The position numbers and the translations under genes are program-made. 51,144 nucleotides of DNA from Bacteroidales bacterium (lineage in GTDB: Bacteria; Bacteroidota; Bacteroidia; Bacteroidales; VadinHA17): the NCBI GenBank assembly GCA_038245405.1, contig JBBRSO010000005.1:1-51144 (forward strand), read 5' to 3'. Of the stretch, positions 10,301-17,100 are shown piece by piece. Each line of letters opens with the position of its first letter. Positions within the stretch are counted from its first letter, which is position 1. The notes below the pieces were generated by a model. It ran no database searches. It was not told the origin of the DNA and saw nothing but the letters and a program-made list of their open reading frames with translations.

Positions 10301-12267
10301 CATTGATATTGAAGATTGGGACCTGTGGCAATGACTGTGAATGAGGCATCTTCATTTAATGTAACACTTGAGTTGACAGGTTGAGTAACAATAGAAGGCT
10401 GTGCTTTAATAAATACATCCTTTAGTGTAGGATAAGCTGACGGGCATGAAAATCCGTTTGTATAGGAAACTGAAACTGATTGATTACCGGTTGCATTCCA
10501 TGTAACGCTTATTGTTTTTGATGTTGAACCCGAATTAATGGTGCCACCTGAAGATATTGTCCAAGTGTAACCGGTCATTCCGCTTTCTGTGGTATACGTA
10601 ACGCCTGATGTTCCGACACATACAGATGCACCGCCTGTGATTGTTGGAGATGGTCTTTGATTAACTGTTACAGAATAATTAAGAGGAGATACAGCAGTAC
10701 ACCCATAGGAATTTGTATAATTTAATAAGATTGATTGAGAACCAGCAGCAGTCCAGTTTACATTTACAGAACTTGTTCCTCCTCCTATTGTAACATACCC
10801 ACCTGTTGGAATTGACCACGTATAGCCTGTCATTTCTGTTTGAGTTGTATAAATTACTCCAGATGTCGCTTCACAAACAGTTTGTAAACCAGTATTAATT
10901 TGTGGGCTAGGTCTGGGATTTACTGTAACATTTTTAACATAAGAAGAAGTAGCTGTACACCCATTTGGGTTTGTATAGTTAACGGTAACTGTCCGAGCGC
11001 CGGCAGTATTCCATCTAACAGTAACTGTATTATTTGTTGAGCCGCCACCTGATGTTAAAGTACCACCACTTGAAACTGACCATGTATAACCTGTCATGCC
11101 TGTCTGTGTTGTATAGGTTACCCCTGATGTCGCTTCACAAACAGTTGATAACCCATCAATTGTTGGTGTAGGAAGTGAGTTAACAGTTACATTCTTGCCA
11201 GTAGGATTTGCAGCCGGACAGGAATACCCATTTGTATAGCTTACGTTGACTGTTTGAGCTCCTGCATTATTCCAGGTAACACTGATGGTATTTGAAGTTG
11301 AACCTGAATTAATGGTCCCCCCGGCAGAAATCGTCCAAGTGTAACCTGTCATTCCACCCTCAGTGGTATATGTGACGCCAGAGGTACCTTCACAAATTGA
11401 AGCAAATCCAGTAATTGAGGGAGAAGGTCGTGGATTGACCGTTACAGGATATACTGTGGTATTCGGACATGAATAACTATTGGTATAGGTAACGTTTACA
11501 CTCCTAGAACCCGCGGCTGTCCAGTTTACATTTATGGTATTTGTATTGGAAGGACCATGGATATATCCCCCTGAAGGAATTGTCCATGAGTAACCCGACA
11601 TACCTGTGGGTACAGAGTAAGTTACACCTGTTGTCCCTTCACATACAGTTGAAGAACCGGAAACTCCAAGGGAAGGAACAGGATAGACTGTCACTTCCAC
11701 ATTTGCACACGAGGAAGAGGTACAGCCATTCACCCACCTTGCATAATATTTTGTTGTAGAGGTTGGCGCAGTGATTGTAAGCGGTGAACCTGTTCCAACC
11801 TCACCCGACCCGCAGCTGGAAGAATACCATCTGAGGATATCCCCCGATCCTCCGCTGGCGGTTAGCGTAATCGTGGAATAAGCGCCAGGACAGTAACCAC
11901 TATGGTTTGACGATGCAGATGAAGGCGCTGTGGGAGAGCCACATGCCTGGTTGACCGTTAGCGGCCTGTTGCCAATCAACATGTTACCGCTTCGGGCGGA
12001 ACCCGAATTTGAGGGAACAGTAACTGTAACCATGTACCCGTTTTTAGTGTAAGTTGCAAACCCGGTATAGTTCGATACATTATAATTCGTGCACCCTCCC
12101 TGTGTGGTTACCGCTACGGTGTATTGTCCCCCGGACCCTGATGCATTGATCGTGGAGGGACTTATCACTGTTACGGTACATTGTCCAAAAATATTACTGT
12201 TAAGCCCAGACAGAATTAGTAAAGATATTATTATCACAAGGATCTTTTTCACCGGGATTGTTTTCAT
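4306..12267 (-). CDS. Secreted RHS/YD-repeat polymorphic toxin, TcB/TcC (BC)-like. Order: signal peptide, Ig/PKD-like repeats, SpvB-like domain, 7 FG-GAP/VCBS repeats, RHS shell, HExxH C-terminal toxin
   Basis: 2653-aa ORF. Signal peptide: MKTIPVKKILVIIISLLILSGLNSNIFGQ. Five ~85-aa tandem repeats (GVTYTT..GMTGYTW.I..GG....G.....I.V.W...G...V.V.YTN). SpvB-type motif: GGLSYSIPLFCSPGTNGVKPNLSLQYNSQSGNGLLGLGWNL. Seven DxNGDGKxD repeats. Many YD repeats (YDxxGN, YxYD). RHS core end: NRYSYCLNNPLKYADPDGE (DPDGE at 5053-5067). A 248-aa tail follows, containing HEFIH (4555-4569). Confidence 0.9.
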   Translation of the reverse strand: MKTIPVKKILVIIISLLILSGLNSNIFGQCTVTVISPSTINASGSGGQYTVAVTTQGGCTNYNVSNYTGFATYTKNGYMVTVTVPSNSGSARSGNMLIGNRPLTVNQACGSPTAPSSASSNHSGYCPGAYSTITLTASGGSGDILRWYSSSCGSGEVGTGSPLTITAPTSTTKYYARWVNGCTSSSCANVEVTVYPVPSLGVSGSSTVCEGTTGVTYSVPTGMSGYSWTIPSGGYIHGPSNTNTINVNWTAAGSRSVNVTYTNSYSCPNTTVYPVTVNPRPSPSITGFASICEGTSGVTYTTEGGMTGYTWTISAGGTINSGSTSNTISVTWNNAGAQTVNVSYTNGYSCPAANPTGKNVTVNSLPTPTIDGLSTVCEATSGVTYTTQTGMTGYTWSVSSGGTLTSGGGSTNNTVTVRWNTAGARTVTVNYTNPNGCTATSSYVKNVTVNPRPSPQINTGLQTVCEATSGVIYTTQTEMTGYTWSIPTGGYVTIGGGTSSVNVNWTAAGSQSILLNYTNSYGCTAVSPLNYSVTVNQRPSPTITGGASVCVGTSGVTYTTESGMTGYTWTISSGGTINSGSTSKTISVTWNATGNQSVSVSYTNGFSCPSAYPTLKDVFIKAQPSIVTQPVNSSVTLNEDASFTVIATGPNLQYQWQVSADGVNSWTDLSGLPAENFQTPTLIIKGSEAFQNDYYRCQINSDCDMTYSDVVKLTTDFPEVGYLEQIPDPSVYRSINTELEVGTTAGSVTTTQLGGLSYSIPLFCSPGTNGVKPNLSLQYNSQSGNGLLGLGWNLAGLSSISRVANPYYNNQVVKAIEMVSADQYAIDGNLLILETNGGSQGADGSKYKTEQETFTESIMHGTSGNGPSWFEVKNLKDNSTLEYGNADNSYVSEINSTTKLTWLLTKQMDTNGNYIKYTYLRDPSSGMPLLNTIEYTGNDNANLNPYNQIVIEYKKRSDPYKYFSAGVEINNDILIAKIMVKCQMSTVRTYAFNYGHGFFDPYSYLFEIEESASTGLKFNKTIFGYGFFSPSSYPDSYLTTIGDNDFNFADINGDGKSDLVVIPVKTTYSSSDKIKVYLNQDGTNFEPFKEIPINPYSINLGHGKTYSWGKFDGGSIIDFDGDGKSDLYTVESVDNTNNPNYQNGDITDQFQNIFSFYHFNGIDLVSDPPIAVSAIWAMIPGDYDGNGKSECFFYTPDKNQIWNGIGLPSSFGSTNFSNKMGPIDFNGDGKTDIYFLDSNSHIHIYGYDFIANQLTELITPIFFDYDKYCFGDVNGDGKTDILGYNTGGTKLLFSTGKNFIDVSFSPNSGQLTKFYIADLNGDGKGDIIHESTWPFMLGTNTTIYAYYYYGNSFTEREIGWSSDGAGGNDLSVTDLDGDGQIDLYLREKSAGEITVSKIIRYMPDDKSRLLTEISNGLNIRSTITYGVLPKSISFSNSTSNFGFPTPKFKLPIYLVENIQSFGPGNTIPFTNTNYYYEDLMIHLQGRGILGFLKLKEEDLINLTKSEDLFRFGTTYYNMYQFDSKQYINNILVSETTSLAPVDISLDNSKRHFSYIPLSTAENKINNTITEVATIIANDGNLTSKTSKAKTSSGTVVSQIYESYPEYNSLGEPLSSSIAYTRGAESITRSKSYEYFENGLLKKEIKLFGASPSVETSLTYDEFGNILTSSVTCGSITRSNTFEYEPVLNRFIYKKYNSINHFLKYGYDPITGNLLEEFDYSNLRTSYQYDAFGVNTGVQYPDGQTIINSKGWSYNALGIGELYFTKSESPHKPTKISYFDFLGKEVRSKILSFDGTYLVNDKVYDSKSRVDKSYMPYFEGNSRDQYIKFSYDDDHIGQLTTETVYPSGTATSYTYNGLETTITKNEQIYKKENDASGLLCKSTDPGGEISYHYNAEGKAKTILSPSGATTIDYDDYGFQKELHDIDAKTIQYDYNGLGELVNQTDAMLNKSTIVYDALGRIDHKTWLGGETTTNIYDPVSELLTSISVSNKTQSFTFDAFNRISTKTETIDNNSFTSNYFYDDYGNINKEVINNEVTVETGFNNYGYPYQVKANNQAVWDATSMNKYGQIDNYTYGNGINTVILNDVNGFIDKKASKLGSTWIQNWDYDFDPIYGNIMKRKGINSSINFLEENFTYDHLNRLLTYGVSGYPLANTYDESGKGNILSKSGIGSYQYHQSSLVHRLDSINSLSGYESGLTDQSIEYTKFNKISSLTNSTSLDTKLLTFTYGPDEQRVKTEYSLNGNIVKTKFFALGNYEKEIGADNSIRELYYISTPTGLTAILEQKNDQWNKYYIHSDFLGSFDVITDPSGAVLERLSFDPWGRRRNPDDWTFTNVSTTHLFDRGFTGHEHLNQFDLINMNGRVYDPLIAMFLSPDNYVQSPDITKNFNRYSYCLNNPLKYADPDGEFIITAIVMLANMYINTSMVNNFEFNPLKWDWKNANTYVTLVQSGISGWHMGQQLENKIKFNKYRRSYNHALRMDEVEFEQTGSTQLSADYDLYGFQKTYFPNYTYKDKLDMFYNNEIVEANSTGSVTAWGFTSNQLIDGKYQIYFGEGSHKSLGHLYLTMGHEFIHVAHFEKFGLDFNKNMSEYAAYMWQAGYQHSQNSDWKPFKTAALKWSNYDLSKNRSFLKIEPYLITKQNNYGLPFFNYYDLFN
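4309..5052 (-). other. C-terminal variable toxin domain of the RHS protein (putative zinc metallopeptidase, HExxH)
   Basis: This is the sequence after the conserved PxxxxDPxGE core boundary. It contains LTMGHEFIHVAHFEKFG, an HExxH motif. Confidence 0.5.
10401..11679 (-). repeat. Five tandem ~255-bp coding repeats (PKD/Ig-like domains) inside the RHS gene
   Basis: Protein repeats lie at about aa 197-622. Units 2 and 5 are the most similar (TISAGGTINSGSTSNTISVTWNNAGAQTVNVSYTNGYSCP vs TISSGGTINSGSTSKTISVTWNATGNQSVSVSYTNGFSCP). The similarity is also visible at DNA level. Confidence 0.8.
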
Positions 12268-12364
12268 AAATGGGTATCAGGTTAATCATGTATTAATGTC
12301 TTGTAATCTCTATTTGAAGAAATTTTAACTTTATATACTGAGATGAAATATTAATCAGACCTTT

Positions 12365-12484
12365 CTAAATTTTTGAGTGTCCCTTTATATCATATTTCTT
12401 AACTTCCTCTTTGAAGAGCGATCCGTCCTCATTAATAAACTTCCATGTTCCCACGGGGTTACCCATATCATAGGTTCCTTCAAA
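12365..12484 (-). pseudogene. Fragment of a YwqK/MORN-repeat antitoxin-like (immunity-type) gene
   Basis: Minus-strand frame LFEGTYDMGNPVGTWKFINEDGSLFKEEVKKYDIKGHSKI*, bounded upstream by a stop. The G.W..Y.E.G.L..E..Y..G pattern is the YwqK-family/MORN-variant repeat. Only ~1.5 repeats remain. Confidence 0.45.
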
Positions 12485-12991
12485 GAGTCATATATTTTAT
12501 TGTCGATCATGACACGGAGTATATAGATTCCATCTTTATACCTGTTTTATGTCTATCTCAGTATGATTCCCAATATTTTTTTTGACCATAATTTCGAAGC
12601 CGGATAAATCATATACTCTCAGTTCATTTAGAGAGTTTAACGGAATATTTGATATGTCAATTTTTATCAGCCCTTTATTGGGGTTTGGATAAACAACAAT
12701 GGTTGTTTTATCCTCTTCCGACACCAATTTTTCTTCCTTTGCCTTATCTGAATCCAAGACTTTGTCGGTTATTACTTGATCTGATACCAGGGCTTTATCA
12801 GTTTTTGATGAGCCCATAGAATATTCAAATGATCTTGGGTTAGGATTGCCTGGAGGGCTTATAATCTCAACTACCAATATTCTGCTTTTCCTGTTTCCAT
12901 TATCATCGTAGGTAAAAGCTACAGTTTGACCAGAAAGTCTCATTATAAATAATAATAAAAGATTTACGATGATGATTCGTTTATGATTCAT
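12478..12991 (-). pseudogene. Small exported YD-repeat protein with a T9SS C-terminal sorting domain, frameshifted inside the CTD
   Basis: The ORF 12536-12991 carries a signal (MNHKRIIIVNLLLLFIMRLSGQ), one YD repeat (FTYDDNGNRKSR) and the start of a Por_Secre_tail-type CTD (VVYPNPNKGLIKIDISN...LRVYDLSGFEIM...EIDIKQV*). The expected CTD ending, KDGIYILRVMIDNKIY, is encoded in another frame at 12537-12478. Confidence 0.55.
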
Positions 12992-13360
12992 TGCGTTAAA
13001 ATTTATAGAAAAAGTAGATTGAAAAATTCAAATTCAATTTACCAAACCCGGGGTGTACCCAGGTTGGGTTTGTTTAATATCAAACACATGTGTTTCAACG
13101 ATCCTTTTTTAAATCAGACAATCGTTTAATCGGGATAGGGTAGTTTTTGTTACCTTAATAATTACCAAAAAGGCAATAGAACCTGATTTTATTCTATAGT
13201 AACACATTCATTTTCATATAATTAAAACCATATTATAATTTTTAAAAATTTTTGCTCAGACAAAAAATATATTTGAAAATGAACACATTTGAACAATTTT
13301 CCATGGCACGGATTGCAAATCCGCGCCATCTATGGGTTCCCAGGGGAAGGAGAAGCCCAC

Positions 13361-13379
13361 TTTTCCCCCTTGGGGGAAA
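13361..13379 (-). terminator. Hairpin (TTTCCCCC-nn-GGGGGAAA) 19 nt downstream of the permease stop codon, on island-side DNA
   Basis: Palindrome ttttcccccttgggggaaa. No clear U-tract follows on the minus strand, so terminator function is tentative. Confidence 0.3.
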
Positions 13380-13397
13380 TAAGAAAGGGGGTTCTTT

Positions 13398-13565
13398 TTA
13401 CATGAACTTCTCCCGTTTCTGTAGATTAAACAACGCTACCAGCAGAAAAACCAGCGATCCGGCAACAAGGATAATCCTGTTTTTAAATGTGATGATAGCC
13501 CAGGTTGTTTCATTTACATCGCGCGGCAATTCGTAGGGATTAAGAAAGACATTCCACTGACTTTT
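13398..13565 (-). repeat. Right copy of the 168-bp direct repeat (attR-like); forms the functional 3' end of the ABC-2 permease gene
   Basis: 165 of 168 nt identical to 1623-1790. Homology starts exactly at the stop codon and ends at codon ~183 of the permease. Confidence 0.85.
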
Positions 13566-14114
13566 ACCAAGAGCATCGCTGAGTGTCAGGAAAAAGAGAC
13601 CGAAGATGATCATTAATACTGCTGTTCCATTTCCATTTCTGACAACTGTAGAAAGCATGAATGCCATAATACCAAGAAAAATTACAGGAAACATTACCTG
13701 CATTGTCACATTCACAAACCGGAACTTTACGATGAGCACTGAAGAAAGAAATGTAAATACGAGCATTATCAGGAAAGCCACGATAAAGATCAGTAATACT
13801 CTCACAAGCCATACTTTATACCTGTAATTCGGAATACCGAACAGGATCTCAATTGTTCGGGCATCCTGGTCATTCTGTATACCAAAAACGGTGGGATAAA
13901 AAATCAGCAGGACTCCTGAAAACAGGAAAACGCCATACAGATCACGCATATTTGAAACATCCTGGTCGAACACATAGATAACCGATAAGCCGAGATAAAA
14001 CACTACTGAGCCAGCCAGGAACCAGATAAATCTGTTTGCAAAAATTATCCTCAGGTTATATACAACCATTTTTTGTACCAGATTAAGAAAATTGTATAAG
14101 TTTCGCGATCTCAT
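13398..14114 (-). CDS. ABC-2 type transporter permease
   Basis: 238 aa with ~6 hydrophobic helices. It has an ABC-2-like conserved acidic loop (QDARTIEILFGIP). Its ATG overlaps the stop of the upstream RND::ABC gene (ATGA at 14111-14114). Confidence 0.7.
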   Translation of the reverse strand: MRSRNLYNFLNLVQKMVVYNLRIIFANRFIWFLAGSVVFYLGLSVIYVFDQDVSNMRDLYGVFLFSGVLLIFYPTVFGIQNDQDARTIEILFGIPNYRYKVWLVRVLLIFIVAFLIMLVFTFLSSVLIVKFRFVNVTMQVMFPVIFLGIMAFMLSTVVRNGNGTAVLMIIFGLFFLTLSDALGKSQWNVFLNPYELPRDVNETTWAIITFKNRIILVAGSLVFLLVALFNLQKREKFM

Positions 14115-17100
14115 ATGCTTGCGTTTACATTGTTTTGTGGACTAAGGATCTCTTTTCTTCTTAGCAGCCAGAGATAAGCATCTTCAAGGTTTGGTGTTGC
14201 ATTAATAGCTCCTTCCCATGGTGATATTTCAGAAATAACCCTCACTCTGATATTTTCACCTTCCGACATGTGATGCACTACAAGATGGCTCTCCACAAAT
14301 GTTCCAAAATCTTTTGCAGGAATGTTGAATTGCCATACATGGCCTTCTGCTTCCTTTGTCATAGCAATTGGTTCCCCGAAATACCTTAGCTTGCCTTTAT
14401 TCAGTACTGCAACTTTTTTACAGGAGCTCGAGATATCCTCAATAATATGGGTTGAAAATATTACTATCCTGTCGCGGCCGAGCTCAACAAGCAGATTCCT
14501 GAATCTGATGCGTTCCCGTGGATCGAGACCAGCGGTGGGTTCATCAACAACAAGAATACGTGGCAGATGAAGAAGAATCTGTGCAATTCCCATTCTTTGC
14601 TTCATACCACCGGAATAGGATCCGATTTTTTCATGACGCCGCTCTTCCATATGAACAGATTTGAGAACATATGTCACGCGTTCTTCCCTGGTTTTGACAT
14701 CGGTTATATTTTTGAGCATAGCCTGGTAATGAAGGTAATCATGAGCAGTCATGTTCTCATAACTTCCAAATTCCTGCGGTAGATATCCAATCAACCCCTG
14801 CAGCTCTTCCCGCATCTTCTGTGTATCGAGACCATTTATCCACACCTTTCCATAGCTCTGTTCAAGAATACCGCAGATAATTCTCATAAGTGTAGTTTTT
14901 CCCGCGCCATTCGGGCCCAGCAGACCGAACATACCGTTTCCGATATTCAGTGAAACGCAACTCAATGCCTTGAATGGCTTCTTCTTCTTACCAATAAGTG
15001 GAACAACTGCTACCACCTTATAGATATTCTTCCTCAAACCTTTGAATCTTCCTTCAAGCCTGTAAATGTCGATGTTTTCTTTTGTAAGCTTCTGTCCGGT
15101 TTTAAAGATAAACAACCCGGTGAACCATAGAAAACCAAGTATTATAACAATAACGATATTGTCCCATTTGTGATAAAACCATAATAGATTCAGAAACGGG
15201 ATTATCCAGAAGATGACTGAATCAAAGATTTTTGAGAATCTGGCCAGCCACCTCTTTTTACCACCGGAAGTAAGATTGTCTATCAGCTCACTGAATGAAG
15301 TCCAGATAGATGACAGAAAAAACCATGTTACAATTGCGAAAACAAAAATCCAGAATCCTTTCTGCAAATAAAAATATGTGAAGTAGAAAATATATCCAGC
15401 CAATGGAATCTGCCAGCCTATCTGAGTCATATCCTTTAAAGACCTGAATTGTTTTTGCAATCCCAGTCTTTTCCTTATACGTGCTCCTGCCTTCCATTCG
15501 CGTGACCATCTGTTTTCCCGTTCATAGATCTTCACCAGACTTTGTATCCTGATGTTGATACTTTCGTCAGGGGAGATTACGGTTTCCCTCGCTTTTTTCA
15601 GGCTGTTCATCACAAACCATGTTCCCGCGGGGACTAATATTATTGAGATGATGGAGGTAATAAGCTTCCAGAGGAACTTATCGACATTCAGGTAGATTAG
15701 CGCTATAAGGAAAGTAAATAGGATAATCTGGATTGTTTTGTTTTTCCAGGGAAGCGAATTGAACCATTTAAGTGCATTTTCGAGACCCGTATAGAATGTG
15801 GGAATAAAAACCAGTGTAAGAAGGGTACTCAGAGTAAGTCCGCCAATCACGGTAATGGCAAATGAAGCACCGATAACTGAAACAAATTCAGCCTTGCCCA
15901 TCGCCAGCGGGATCATAGCAATCACAGTTGTAGCTGCCGTAATCAGGATAGGACGCAATCTGGAAACACCGGCTGTCATGAGAGCTCTTTGTACCCTGTA
16001 GCCACGCTTTCTTAAAATATTTGTATAGTCTATGAGAATAATTCCATTATTCACAACCACTCCCAGCAAGATTAAAAAGCCTGTGAGTGTATTGAGGTTT
16101 AAGAGTGAGTTCCCGGTCAGTATAAGAGCAACGAGTGAGCCAAGAGCTGCAAGAGGGATGCTGAACATAAGAACCACAGGGGTTGCAAGCGATTCAAACA
16201 CTGAAGCAAGGATCATGTAGATCAATAGGAATGCGACACCGATTATGAAATACAGATCTTTCCACTTATCTTCTTCATGAACAACTTCGACGGCAATACC
16301 GGCAGGTATATTCAACCCTGATACAATTGATTCAATATCGGCCCTTGCACCTGCCAGCAAGTCTTTTGAGTTTTTTATCTCCTCATTAAAATCGTATGTA
16401 ACGGTAATTCGTTTTTCCTGGTTTTCCCTGTGAATGCTGCCCATTCCTGAAGCAAATACAATTTTTGATAATTCATCCATTTCGATTACTGCACCATTGC
16501 TCCCATTAACCAGCAGGTGTTTCAGGTCGTCTATTGTTTTGTCTTTTTTCTCTTTCGATTCGCCAGGCTCATCAGCATACTTAATCATAATATCATAATT
16601 ATCTGTGCCCTGTCTGAACTGTATTCCTGAAGAATACTCGCGACCGAATGTTGAAAGTGCCGAGGAAAGATTTAATAATGTAAAATTGTTTCTTCCCAGG
16701 TAATCCATGTCAAAGAGGAGATGAACCTCAGGTTTATTTTCCTGGATATTTATTCTGGAAGTGTTCATTGAAGAAAGACTTCCTACTGAAGCTTTAATAT
16801 CATTAGCCAGATTTTTCATCTGTACAAAATTCTGGCCTTTTATGATTACACTTTCTTTGGTGGAACCTAACCCGAGCAAATTCATAAATTCATCTCCCTC
16901 GCCATCTCCGCCTCCCATGTTATCACCGCCTGAAAATCCACCGCTGGAAGATTGCTCGTCCATGCTTATTTCAGCCGATGTGATATTCTTTACCTTCTTA
17001 AGGATATCACTCTTAATTTCAGGAAGTGTCCTTTTGCTATTCTTATCCCATTCTTTCTTAAGATTAATTGTGATAGTGGCTTTTTCCTCTTCAATACGAC

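Noticed and set aside
13307-13325. tRNA-Cys-like anticodon stem-loop (cgga-TTGCAAA-tccg, anticodon GCA) just inside the right island junction, which could have meant a tRNA-targeting island
   Set aside because: I could not build an acceptor, D or T arm from the flanks, and there is no GGTTCGAATCC-like T-loop. It is at most a small hairpin or an unrecognisable fragment. The actual duplicated target is the permease 3' end.
1791-13397. Search of the island for an integrase, transposase, excisionase or relaxase
   Set aside because: No ORF of 60 aa or more outside the listed genes shows tyrosine or serine recombinase, or DDE, motifs by eye. Mobility genes are absent or too decayed to see, so I did not annotate a mobile_element.
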